Source: a virus. From it: a stretch of DNA of 64,000 nucleotides. This document shows positions 45,875 through 54,856 of the stretch, one piece after another. The stretch lies in IMG/VR virus record IMGVR_UViG_3300020599_000003, positions 32,001 to 96,000 of that record. The stretch is one strand, 5' to 3'. The translations under genes and the position numbers were made by a program. Position 1 is the stretch's first letter. Each line of letters starts with the position of its first letter. Below the pieces are notes generated by a model. The model had not been told where the DNA came from. It ran no database searches and saw only the letters and a program-made list of their open reading frames with translations.

Positions 45875-46665
45875 GATTGAGCAAGATCATACATGAAGTC
45901 CGACTGAGCGGGAACCCAGGCAGGATCTTCAACAGTGGAACACTCGCCGGGCGTGAGCTCGTGAGCGTTGCGGAACAGGAGAGACTCCTGATTCGAGAGT
46001 GGGTCCTTCACGATGTCCCACTCCAGAGGCTTCTTGAGTCGGTAACTGTACCTCGGATCATCGAGGCGGACGCCTGACAGACCGCAGGTGAAGTACTGGC
46101 ACGTAGCTCCCATGGAGTACGTACTGACCTCGCCACGCTGGATGCGACTGACACGATCAACTGCCTTGGTCTTGTCGAAGGCGAGCAGAGCCATGACCAT
46201 CCAGTGGCGACCATTGCCATAGTTCTTGATGCGAACCAGGGATGTATCCAGGATAATGCCCAGAGCTGTCTCGGGGTCGTCCGCCTGATGCTCCTCGTGA
46301 GTAGGGCAGCCTGTCCAAGCCTTGTAGACCAGACGATTGACCGGAGGCTCACGGAACTTAACGAGCTCGTACAGAGGGAAGGCCACGCCGTTGCGGTTGG
46401 GAATGTCCGACGGAATCATCGGCGTGTTCACCACCACGTAGTCTTCGATGTTGCTGCTGATCTTGTACTTCTTGGCAGCGAAGGGGAGCCACTTGTTGTA
46501 GTCCAGAGTCTCCTCCGGATGGGTCGTGGTCGCCCGGATGTGCTTCATGTAGTCGCGACCTTCGGCACCATCGACATCGATAGGCTTCAGACCGCCGACC
46601 ATGCGCTGACTGGTGATCTTCACACCGAAGTTACCCTTCGAGTGAATCTGAATAGAGTGCGACAT
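45871..46665 (-). CDS. prohead maturation protease (HK97/assemblin-type fold, predicted)
   Basis: PNRNG..F, PTHEEH (His), LGIILD, YSMG (Ser), ECS.V..PA; head-module position. Confidence 0.72.
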   Translation of the reverse strand: MSHSIQIHSKGNFGVKITSQRMVGGLKPIDVDGAEGRDYMKHIRATTTHPEETLDYNKWLPFAAKKYKISSNIEDYVVVNTPMIPSDIPNRNGVAFPLYELVKFREPPVNRLVYKAWTGCPTHEEHQADDPETALGIILDTSLVRIKNYGNGRHWMVMALLAFDKTKAVDRVSRIQRGEVSTYSMGATCQYFTCGLSGVRLDDPRYSYRLKKPLEWDIVKDPLSNQESLLFRNAHELTPGECSTVEDPAWVPAQSDFMYDLAQS

Positions 46666-46668
46666 AAA

Positions 46669-47070
46669 TCAGCGTCCCAGAATGTAGAATTCGGCCGTGG
46701 TCGTGAACTCAATCTTGATGGCTGTGAAGTTCGGCACAGGAGCTTCGAGGATATCGCCCTCGGCCACCGAAGTCTTCTTGACCCAGATAGAGGGGTCAGC
46801 CGCAGCCGGATCCAGGTTCTTGGCCCGCGCATAGTTGGCGAGTGTGAAGGAGACGTCGACACTGCCACCGATCGCTTGAAAGAGCACGGGGAAGTTGACG
46901 TCCGGGTGCGTCTGGACATCGCTATCCTTCAGCACAAGGACATCCCCAGCCTTGCCGTGTATCTCGACGTGGGCGGAGCTGTCCGAGATGTTGCGCACTC
47001 CAGCACCGAGGGGCTTCTTACCCCAATGTACTCGACGAGCACCGTTGTTACCCAGCAAGACTGCTGTCAT
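46669..47070 (-). CDS. beta-rich hypothetical virion protein
   Basis: GAGG SD; ORF in head operon. Confidence 0.7.
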   Translation of the reverse strand: MTAVLLGNNGARRVHWGKKPLGAGVRNISDSSAHVEIHGKAGDVLVLKDSDVQTHPDVNFPVLFQAIGGSVDVSFTLANYARAKNLDPAAADPSIWVKKTSVAEGDILEAPVPNFTAIKIEFTTTAEFYILGR

Positions 47071-47090
47071 GATGGCCTCTCTTCAGTGGG

Positions 47091-47510
47091 TTAGACCGTG
47101 GGATCTTCGGCGGGAGCATCTTCGCCACCCTCGTCGGGGGTGTCGGGCGAGTCGCCTTGATCGGAGGTGCCGGTGTCGTCCTGTCCGGAAGTGTCCGAAG
47201 TGTCACCTTCGTCGGGCTGCTCGGCAACCGGATCTTCGGTCTGCTCGGCAGCAGGACCTTCGGGTTGTTCGGCAGCAGGATCTTCATCCGGCTCTTCAGA
47301 GCCACCGTCCAGAGCAGCCTTCAGGTTGGCGGGAATGTTGTCGGGGTAGGCGAGGCCGATCAGAGTCAGTGACGGCAGGACGCCGTAGTACAGCTGAGCG
47401 ATCTCGACGAACTGCTTGATGTCGGAAGCGACCAGACCTTCGACTTCGGAGGGGGTGCCACCCTTGGAGGCGATCAGGGCTTTGACCTTCGCGGCGAGTT
47501 CGGTACTCAT
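47091..47510 (-). CDS. hypothetical protein with acidic repetitive tail
   Basis: AAGGAG SD; (D/G)PAAEQ(P/T)E x3. Confidence 0.7.
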   Translation of the reverse strand: MSTELAAKVKALIASKGGTPSEVEGLVASDIKQFVEIAQLYYGVLPSLTLIGLAYPDNIPANLKAALDGGSEEPDEDPAAEQPEGPAAEQTEDPVAEQPDEGDTSDTSGQDDTGTSDQGDSPDTPDEGGEDAPAEDPTV

Positions 47511-47552
47511 GATGAGCTCCTTAGTGGGTTGTATATCGTGATGCACACGTCC

Positions 47553-47560
47553 ATAAAATT
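47553..47560 (-). promoter_or_regulatory. AATTTTAT late-type motif
   Basis: 43 nt upstream of ATG 47510, just after terminator. Confidence 0.55.
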
Positions 47561-47582
47561 GCGTTCAGTGTTGAAACTGGTC

Positions 47583-47621
47583 AAAGAATAGCCCCTCCGA
47601 GGCGTGAACCTGGGAGGGGCT
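47583..47621 (-). terminator. terminator, AGCCCCTCC/TTCACG family
   Basis: - strand AGCCCCTCCCAGG-TTCACG-CCTCGGAGGGGCT-ATTCTTT. Confidence 0.75.
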
Positions 47622-47627
47622 GGAGGG

Positions 47628-50600
47628 TTACTTCTTGCGAGGTTGATCCATCTCGTGGACGGCTCGTTCATCACTGCGGACCGGGGCCTTCCGCAGAGCC
47701 TTCAGTTCGCGTTCGAGTTCCTTGACGTTGGCGATCTGAACACCCGAGTTCATCAGGTTCTTGACCACCTCCACGGACTTCGGCACGTTGAGCGTCCAGC
47801 ACTGCAAGACGTGAGGCCCGTCGAACCACTTCGTGAGCGGACGACGAAGCTGGATGGCTTTACGAGTACCGAGCTGACCAGTCACCGGCAGAACGATGTA
47901 CATACCGTCGTTCTCGATGAGCGGGAACGGCCGGATGAGGTTGGGATCGTTGCTGGGCTTGAGCTCCAGACGCATGAAGTTCTTCATGGAGTTCTGAGTA
48001 GCGAAGCGGATGAGGCCTCCCGTGCTCAGAGACTTGCCCGACTTCAACATCAACCACATGTTCTTCAGCTGCTCGTTGAGCTCAGGCATCTTCGGATCAA
48101 GCTTCAACCCGTGCTCGGCCCACATCTTCATCTGGTTGAGCAGATGCTTGTGGTTCTTGATCTCCGCATACTTGTATGCAGGAGCAGCACGGAAGCCGAC
48201 GGACTGCAGGGCAGTGACGTTGGGGTCTGCATCCCCCGAGGGGGTGTACTCCAGAGCCAAGAAGCCGTTGATGATGATCGGCCAGATCTCGATGGACAGC
48301 TTCTCTTCAACCGGAGGAGCAACCACCTGACCCTTGCCGAGCTTCGGAACCTTCTGCTCAGCACGACGCTGCGCCTTGGTGCCTGCAATGCCTTCCACGA
48401 CGTGCAGAGGCATCTTGAGATGGTCTGCGATGGACCGACGCACCCCACCCTTCAGACGCTTGTTCATAATGAACACCGTGGAGAAGCGTTGCGTGGCCTT
48501 GACGCCCTCGTTGGTCACGTAGGTGACGGTGTTGGGGCCAATCTTGACGATCTTACCTTCACCGTTCTGCGTGTGGATCATAGCACCCTTCACGAGCGTG
48601 TTGGCCTCGGCAACCCACGCGGCCGACTGAGCTTGGAGGTCGTCCTCATCAGTCGAGTCGTCCAGCTCACTCTCTTCGGAGATCTTAATGTTCTCGTTCA
48701 GGAAGTGGTCCAGACGCACAAGGCCGAGCTGATCCTTGTAGGGCAGATCGTAGCCGGGGATGTACGGAGTCTGCTCCAGTATGGCCGCGTCCTCGGGATC
48801 GGGGGCGTGTTCGACAGGCTCCAGCGTCAGGCGGTTCTCGCCCTTGTAGCGCTCGCGGTACTCCTTATAGTCAGCATCGCGGATGTACTTGTAGTCCGAG
48901 TAGCCCTCGTAGAACTGCTTGACCTGAGGGTCGTGGATCGACTTGTACTCGTTGAGGTTGTCGAACTTCATGGAGATCACCGGCAGGTCAGGGAGCTGGC
49001 CGTACTTCGGATCATCCGAGTTGTCGTACTTGCTGACCGACAGCAGCTTGGAGTAGATGCGGCACATCTTCGTGATGTCTACAGTGCCATCCAGCAGGAC
49101 CGTGTCATAGTAGATGTGGTCGCGCTGCTCCACCTTCTTCAACTGAGGGCGACCGATGCGACTGTCGCCTTGCTCCAGAGTGCCAGGGTTCCACACCAAA
49201 CCGTCGCGGATGAGGCGGGATGCAGACTGTAGGTTGAGGCCAGTGTCCATGGATGCTGACACACCGACCATGCCGATGGTCCCCTCAGCCTCGAACTTCG
49301 CCATCGCCTCGGTTTTCTTCGCAGCCGTGTACAGCACGAAGCGCGACTTGATGTCCGGAGGCAGGGCATCGTAGATCTCCTGGGCAGACCATGTGTAGTT
49401 GGTGAACACGATGATCTTGCCTGGGATCCCCTGGCTGATGTGCTCCCGGATGAGTTCGATGATCTTGGTGATCTTCGGGCTGATGAGGTCCGGACCGGAG
49501 AGATTGGCCTTACCCCAGTCGTCCCGACCCATAGCCGTGCAGAAACGCTCCACGCGGGCGAGGTACTTCTTGAGCAGTTGCTCCATGGAGTCCGCCGAGA
49601 TATCGTCATCGGCAGCTTCCTCACCTTCATCCTCGACCTTCTCACCCTTCTGCTTGGAGAGCCACTTCTGCAGGAGCGGGTTGGACTTGGCCTTCTCCTC
49701 GATCTCCTCCATCACGTCGTTGACCAGAGCGTCGTAAGCCTTCGCTTGGTTCTCGGACATGCTGACCACGTGGAGTCGCTCGATTGCCGGAGGCAAAAGA
49801 GCAGCCCATTCCTTGCGGTAGGCACGGGCCTCCACCATGTTGCGCTTGATCTCGGCCTTGATCTCAGCTTCCGCGCCCGGACGCCACGTCTTCACGCGGC
49901 CACCAGCGAGCTCCAGGCCGTAGCGTTCGTTGAACTCCTCGCGAGTGCCGAACATCGTCGGATCGATGAGGGAGAGCTGCGATGCCAAGTCGGACACCGA
50001 GTCGTGAGCGAACGTGCCGGAGGCCAACCGCTTGTACGGGATGTCGAGGATCAGACGCTGCACGGCCTCGGTACGAGCCGACATGCGACGCAGATAGTGC
50101 GCTTCGTCGCAAGCCACGTACTGGAAGTCGAACTGCTTGAGGAACTCGATGATGTGGTAGACGTTGACGGGAGTCGTACCATACACCACGCGATCCGTGG
50201 CGATGCGCGAGCAGACATCGTAGTCCACGATCACGACCGTGTTACGCGGAGCTGTCTGGATGATGCGGGTCAGACGCTCCAGGCCGTTGGAGTTGCACGA
50301 CGCCGTGTTGATCGGCACCGGGTTCAGCTTGCCGCCCGTGAAGAAGGCGATCTCGCTGATGTACTGCGCGACCAGATGGCTCGGGCACATGATCAAGTAC
50401 GGGAAGCCCTTACGAGCCTTCACGAACTTGAGGATGTCCATGATGATGATCGGGGTCTTGCCGCCACCAGCCTGCACCGGCAGCAGAGCCGCGTGCGGGA
50501 AGTTGCGCATCTGGTTGCGGATGCGAGCTTGATGGGGGAGTTGGCCCAGCGATTCACCAGCCAGCGGCAGGGACTCGCCTTTCCATTCCGGGTCGGGGCG

Positions 50601-52106
50601 CTGATCGAAGTACGCCTTCCGACGCTCGTTGTCGCGAGTCTGATACTCAGCATAGCGAGCAGGTTCGGCATAGTGGCAGAGGAGCAGGAAGTATGGAAGA
50701 ACCTGCACCGCATACATGACCGAGTACGTCTGATAGATGACCTCAGGCGTCTCCAGGGCCTTGATCATGCCTTGGCGGAAGTAGTTGAACACTACGTTGA
50801 AGGGCGGGAACTCGGTGCTGGCGAGGTCCACCCAGCGGATGGCTTGGCGACCCGTCTTCTCTTGGAAGACCGGCAGCAGCTTCTGGATATAGTCCAGGAC
50901 TTCGTCAGTAGCCGCGATCTCGTCGGCATTGTACACGCCAGTGTCGCGAACAGTCTGAGGGTCGGGGCGGAACTCCGGCATGCCGACAGCACGACATACG
51001 CCGACCATCTGCTTGATGGGGAGCTCACCGATCACCTTGGAAGCCAGACGGACGATATGCGTGGCGTTGGGGCGACGGCAGCGCGTTAGGTCCAGAGTCT
51101 TCAGGCTACCCATCGTGTCCGTGTAGGCGAAGCGGCCATTGGCCCAGTCCACCAGAACCGGCATGTTCTTGGGGAGCTGACGGGCTTTGACGTCCTCAGG
51201 AGTGTCGTCGGGCCGCATCAGCTGAAAGGAGCCGTCCTCACGAGTACCCGCATCGAAGTACTTCTGGTCGTAGACGCTGGCCCGGTTAAGCTCACGAGGG
51301 ATCATCAGAGGATGACCCTGATGATCGATGGTCAGCATCTCGTTGTTGACCGCGGGCTTGATCATATCCGACTTCGGCATCGTGTTCGCCAGCTTGACGA
51401 TCTGGAACGAAGCCTTCGGCGGCTTGGCCGTGAAGCCGTACTGGTGCAGAGCCCACTCCATCAGCACCGAGTAGAGGTCGGCCGGGCGGATCTGGTCGAA
51501 CTGCGTGGTCGTCAGTTGCTGCGCCTCAGCAGCCTTCACACGGACGTTCAGGAAGACGTATCCGGCCTCAGTGTAGGTCAAGGTGGCATGGCAGCCGATC
51601 AGAGCGGTCTGGATCTTGGGGAAGCCAGACATGTTCTCCACGAGCTGGTTGGTATCCAGCGAAGTGGGGACGGCAACGTCGGCATGGATGATCGCACTCT
51701 TCTCGTCCTCGTTCAGTGCAGCCCACTTGAAGAAGGCGGACAGAGATGTCTTGATGGCATCCGGCCGCACGTGGAACAGGGGCAACGATACCGCGAAGTG
51801 AGGTTCTGCACCGTCCTTGGCGAGTTCCTTACGGATGCTCATGAGGCCCTTGGGGACCTTGAACATCGGCAGACCCTTCTCGCCGGGCGAGGTGATCTCA
51901 CGGATCGTCTTGCGGTCCTTGCCGAACTTGGGGTGATTGGTGATGGTGGGGGCCAGATGACGGAAGGCCATCAAAGCATATGCAACCGGAATCTGCAGAG
52001 GCAGTACCGAGTTGTACAAGAACAGGAAGTTGGATCGGTTCGCTTCACCACCGAGGATGAGGTTCGCCGGCGTGACGAGGTTCGTCGTCGGGCGCAGAGT
52101 CAGCAT
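47628..52106 (-). CDS. large SNF2/SF2-family helicase-like ATPase (1492 aa)
   Basis: LPHQ, QAGGGKT, LIMCP, ACDEAH, ASGT, IIVFT, MDTGLNLQ.A, EQGDSRIGR; about 500-aa N- and 450-aa C-extensions. Confidence 0.85.
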   Translation of the reverse strand: MLTLRPTTNLVTPANLILGGEANRSNFLFLYNSVLPLQIPVAYALMAFRHLAPTITNHPKFGKDRKTIREITSPGEKGLPMFKVPKGLMSIRKELAKDGAEPHFAVSLPLFHVRPDAIKTSLSAFFKWAALNEDEKSAIIHADVAVPTSLDTNQLVENMSGFPKIQTALIGCHATLTYTEAGYVFLNVRVKAAEAQQLTTTQFDQIRPADLYSVLMEWALHQYGFTAKPPKASFQIVKLANTMPKSDMIKPAVNNEMLTIDHQGHPLMIPRELNRASVYDQKYFDAGTREDGSFQLMRPDDTPEDVKARQLPKNMPVLVDWANGRFAYTDTMGSLKTLDLTRCRRPNATHIVRLASKVIGELPIKQMVGVCRAVGMPEFRPDPQTVRDTGVYNADEIAATDEVLDYIQKLLPVFQEKTGRQAIRWVDLASTEFPPFNVVFNYFRQGMIKALETPEVIYQTYSVMYAVQVLPYFLLLCHYAEPARYAEYQTRDNERRKAYFDQRPDPEWKGESLPLAGESLGQLPHQARIRNQMRNFPHAALLPVQAGGGKTPIIIMDILKFVKARKGFPYLIMCPSHLVAQYISEIAFFTGGKLNPVPINTASCNSNGLERLTRIIQTAPRNTVVIVDYDVCSRIATDRVVYGTTPVNVYHIIEFLKQFDFQYVACDEAHYLRRMSARTEAVQRLILDIPYKRLASGTFAHDSVSDLASQLSLIDPTMFGTREEFNERYGLELAGGRVKTWRPGAEAEIKAEIKRNMVEARAYRKEWAALLPPAIERLHVVSMSENQAKAYDALVNDVMEEIEEKAKSNPLLQKWLSKQKGEKVEDEGEEAADDDISADSMEQLLKKYLARVERFCTAMGRDDWGKANLSGPDLISPKITKIIELIREHISQGIPGKIIVFTNYTWSAQEIYDALPPDIKSRFVLYTAAKKTEAMAKFEAEGTIGMVGVSASMDTGLNLQSASRLIRDGLVWNPGTLEQGDSRIGRPQLKKVEQRDHIYYDTVLLDGTVDITKMCRIYSKLLSVSKYDNSDDPKYGQLPDLPVISMKFDNLNEYKSIHDPQVKQFYEGYSDYKYIRDADYKEYRERYKGENRLTLEPVEHAPDPEDAAILEQTPYIPGYDLPYKDQLGLVRLDHFLNENIKISEESELDDSTDEDDLQAQSAAWVAEANTLVKGAMIHTQNGEGKIVKIGPNTVTYVTNEGVKATQRFSTVFIMNKRLKGGVRRSIADHLKMPLHVVEGIAGTKAQRRAEQKVPKLGKGQVVAPPVEEKLSIEIWPIIINGFLALEYTPSGDADPNVTALQSVGFRAAPAYKYAEIKNHKHLLNQMKMWAEHGLKLDPKMPELNEQLKNMWLMLKSGKSLSTGGLIRFATQNSMKNFMRLELKPSNDPNLIRPFPLIENDGMYIVLPVTGQLGTRKAIQLRRPLTKWFDGPHVLQCWTLNVPKSVEVVKNLMNSGVQIANVKELERELKALRKAPVRSDERAVHEMDQPRKK

Positions 52107-52137
52107 TGGAGAGCCCTTTTGTGGCTGGAGGAATGGT

Positions 52138-52145
52138 ATAAAACT
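52138..52145 (-). promoter_or_regulatory. AGTTTTAT variant of late-type motif
   Basis: 32 nt upstream of helicase ATG 52106. Confidence 0.45.
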
Positions 52146-52163
52146 GGGGAGCGCTGAAACGAC

Positions 52164-52198
52164 AAAACCCTCCGAGAGCGTGAACTCCAGGAGGGCTT
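52164..52198 (-). terminator. terminator, TTCACG-loop family
   Basis: - strand AAGCCCTCCTGGAG-TTCACG-CTCTCGGAGGGTTTT. Confidence 0.7.
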
Positions 52199-52202
52199 AG
52201 GA

Positions 52203-52748
52203 TCAACTGGTTTTTCTCATGAACTTCTCGACGCTCCATCCTTTGCCGAGAAGAACGATACGGACATCCTTACGTTGGGCTACCTTCGGGTTGATGTCCT
52301 GACCAAGAAACTTCAGGGTGTCCGAGTTGAGCTGCTTCACCAGGAACCACGGGTTGGTCTTGGCCAAGGATTGCCACAAGCGGTTCGCTGAATAGCTGTG
52401 GCGCTCACCCGAGATGAAGCAGTAGCCCTCGTTCAGCACCTGTTGATACAGACGTCGCATGAGCCCTCTGCCCCTGTACTCAGGTAGAAGGACACTGTGA
52501 GGGTTCACGATCTTGAAGTCGTCGAAGCCCCCGAAGCTGTTGGAGTAGCGCCCAATGACCTTGCCATCGTGGATGATGACTCGGTCGTCGTCACGCGTCC
52601 CCATGTCCTGGTAGAAGAACCCATCCCCGAGCGGCTTGAACCGCTTCGGGTTGAGGTCATCTTCCCAGACGTGCAGGTTCTTGACCTTAGTGTCCGGCAT
52701 CAGAGCCGTTGCGGACAGGCGCTGGGCGATGCGGCTGAGTGTGCTCAT
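52203..52748 (-). CDS. GNAT-fold protein with N-terminal IAQRL motif
   Basis: SVLLPEYRGRGLMRRLY, SG..HS..A..LW..L. Confidence 0.72.
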   Translation of the reverse strand: MSTLSRIAQRLSATALMPDTKVKNLHVWEDDLNPKRFKPLGDGFFYQDMGTRDDDRVIIHDGKVIGRYSNSFGGFDDFKIVNPHSVLLPEYRGRGLMRRLYQQVLNEGYCFISGERHSYSANRLWQSLAKTNPWFLVKQLNSDTLKFLGQDINPKVAQRKDVRIVLLGKGWSVEKFMRKTS

Positions 52749-53443
52749 ATGCGATATCCGTTGCCGTCGCTGGGGCGCGAACTGACCGAGGCAGCAGGCC
52801 AGATGCGTTTGTCGATCACCAGCTTGAGTTGCTCGGCGGTTGGTAGGCGATAGTGCGCGAGCGCAGGAAGCTCGTCGCAGCGTATGACGTAGGACAGATG
52901 CCACCGAGTTGGGTGGTCGATGGCGTCGTTGGTCAGACGGATCTGCGTCCGACGTGGATAGACTTCGACCACGTAGGCTTGGTCACGACGCTTCCAGCGG
53001 AAATGGTGTGACAGGAGAGCGTGAACCTGATTGGGCCGCACAGGCTCCAGAAGAGCATCCACCATGACCAGGAAGCCCTGACCGTTGAGGATGCTGAACT
53101 GCTTGGCCCGCTTGATATTTACCACCCTCAGAATCTTGCTGTTGTTCAGCCACTTGCTGAGTCTCATCTTCTCCGTGCGGAGGAAATTGATGATGCGCCC
53201 ATTGGCGTCAGCGCGGTTAGCGAACGCTGGCTTGCGAGTCTCGTCGCAGAGCTCCACAAAGGCTTGCACACATGCACGCCAGAGAGCCTTGGGAGGGGCT
53301 GAGGGGAACTTCTCCCGCACCGCGGTGACCGCCATACGCCATTCGGGAGCGCGGGCAGCGACGAAGAACGAGGGGATGATGTTGGGGTCAGGGGCAGCCC
53401 ACGGAGTGGCCGTCACCTGGGGCACGTAGAAGTTGAGTGCCAT
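52745..53443 (-). CDS. hypothetical protein (232 aa)
   Basis: TGACGATG coupling, ATGA overlap. Confidence 0.7.
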   Translation of the reverse strand: MALNFYVPQVTATPWAAPDPNIIPSFFVAARAPEWRMAVTAVREKFPSAPPKALWRACVQAFVELCDETRKPAFANRADANGRIINFLRTEKMRLSKWLNNSKILRVVNIKRAKQFSILNGQGFLVMVDALLEPVRPNQVHALLSHHFRWKRRDQAYVVEVYPRRTQIRLTNDAIDHPTRWHLSYVIRCDELPALAHYRLPTAEQLKLVIDKRIWPAASVSSRPSDGNGYRI

Positions 53444-53445
53444 CG

Positions 53446-54153
53446 TCAGCGAGCCCGAGCGAGACGAGCCAGCACCCGAGCAGTGATGTTCTCCATCTCA
53501 GGCTGGCGCTTGGTGACAGACGGAACCAGCGGACCGTCGTCGAGGGTGGGACCCTTGTCGAACGGCGTGTATGAACCGTCGCCCTCGGTGTCCTCCTGGA
53601 TCTCCGTGGAGTCCTTCGGGTCCAGACTCCCGTCGGACATGGTGACCCCCTTGTAGGTCATGAGGTCCTGGCCGATGTCTCCGGAGACGGAGCGCTCGTC
53701 GATGGACATATCCAGATCATCCACTCCGGGAGTCATGGCGGCCAGCAGACCAGCCTCGACAGTGTCGCCCTCTTCCTCGTCACCGAGAGCTTGCTCGTTG
53801 AAGGACTGAGCGTTCTCGTCCTCGACGAACTTCTGCTCCTCCGGAGGTTCAGCAAGGAGGGGCGCGTCAGGATCGTCCTGATCGGCATCGATGTGGTAGC
53901 CCTGCTCTTCGCGCTCGAGCTCAGACAGCATGCGATATGCCACAGCCTCCAGCGTCTCCTTGTCGGTGCCGCAGGCTTCGGCCAGAGAGTGGAATTGGGC
54001 ATCGGAGGGGGTGGGGTTGATCTCCAGGAACAGGGAGATCAGCTTCGAGTATTGTTCAAACATTTTGCGTCCTCGTGAGCGTACTTCGGATTCAGTGAAG
54101 AACCTGCCCGCCTGAGCAGCCTCACTGCGCAGCAGTTGCTGACTGATCGACAT
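53446..54153 (-). CDS. acidic hypothetical (probable internal head) protein
   Basis: Acidic tracts, IDAD/VEAG sites, C-terminal RVLARLARAR. Confidence 0.72.
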   Translation of the reverse strand: MSISQQLLRSEAAQAGRFFTESEVRSRGRKMFEQYSKLISLFLEINPTPSDAQFHSLAEACGTDKETLEAVAYRMLSELEREEQGYHIDADQDDPDAPLLAEPPEEQKFVEDENAQSFNEQALGDEEEGDTVEAGLLAAMTPGVDDLDMSIDERSVSGDIGQDLMTYKGVTMSDGSLDPKDSTEIQEDTEGDGSYTPFDKGPTLDDGPLVPSVTKRQPEMENITARVLARLARAR

Positions 54154-54154
54154 G

Positions 54155-54469
54155 TTAGAAGGGGTCCTGGGTTTTTCGCTTGCCGCCGCGCTCCGCATGG
54201 AGATGGCCGTGGCGCTTGTTGTGGCAGGTATTACAGATGCAGGCAAGGTTGGACATGGAGGTCAAGCCACCACGAGAGAGCGGCTTGATGTGATGAACTT
54301 CAGTGGCGGGACTCTTGCACCAGATGCAGGTGTTGCGGTCGCGGAGGCGTACCCGCGCCGCAATCTCGTACCATCCGGCCTTCTGCTGTTGGCCGAACTG
54401 GTTCGTGTTGTAGTTGGCACGAACTATGTGCGAGACCCCCGACTTGTGGCGTCGGATGAATGGCTTCAC
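54155..54469 (-). CDS. HNH endonuclease
   Basis: VRLRDRNTCIWC...EVHHIKPLSRGG..SNL..IC..CHNKRH. Confidence 0.9.
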   Translation of the reverse strand: MKPFIRRHKSGVSHIVRANYNTNQFGQQQKAGWYEIAARVRLRDRNTCIWCKSPATEVHHIKPLSRGGLTSMSNLACICNTCHNKRHGHLHAERGGKRKTQDPF

Positions 54470-54471
54470 GC

Positions 54472-54855
54472 TTACTTCCAGACGTTGATGGAACCGGCAG
54501 GGAGATCGTCGCCGGCAACCTGACCGCCCTTGACCTTGAGGATCTTCTTGACGAACCACTTGTTGTGGGGCCTGCCACGGATGTTGGTGAGGATCACGCC
54601 TTCCTTCACACCCTTCGGAGCCGAAGCTGAGTCGGACACGATGTAGGCGGTGGCCGGTGCGCGCATGCCGCCCGTGAGGCGCTCTTGCAGCACGACGAGG
54701 CTCTTGGCGCTCGGATACTTCTTGAGGATCTGGGCCGGAGTGCCACGACCGCCAGCAGGCATCCAGGCGAAATCGAGGACGGCACCCCGAGAGGGTGCAG
54801 CGGTCACGGAGGTTGCTTGCAGGCGAGCGGTGATGTTCTTCAGGATTTGGGTCAT
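54472..54855 (-). CDS. hypothetical protein with N-terminal ITARL motif
   Basis: GAGGA SD; MTQILKNITARLQA. Confidence 0.75.
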   Translation of the reverse strand: MTQILKNITARLQATSVTAAPSRGAVLDFAWMPAGGRGTPAQILKKYPSAKSLVVLQERLTGGMRAPATAYIVSDSASAPKGVKEGVILTNIRGRPHNKWFVKKILKVKGGQVAGDDLPAGSINVWK

Positions 54856-54856
54856 G

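Noticed and set aside
54155-54469. HNH as a mobile homing endonuclease or intron marker
   Set aside because: Short, host-like codon usage, tightly coupled to neighbours and no interrupted host gene; more consistent with a packaging-associated HNH.
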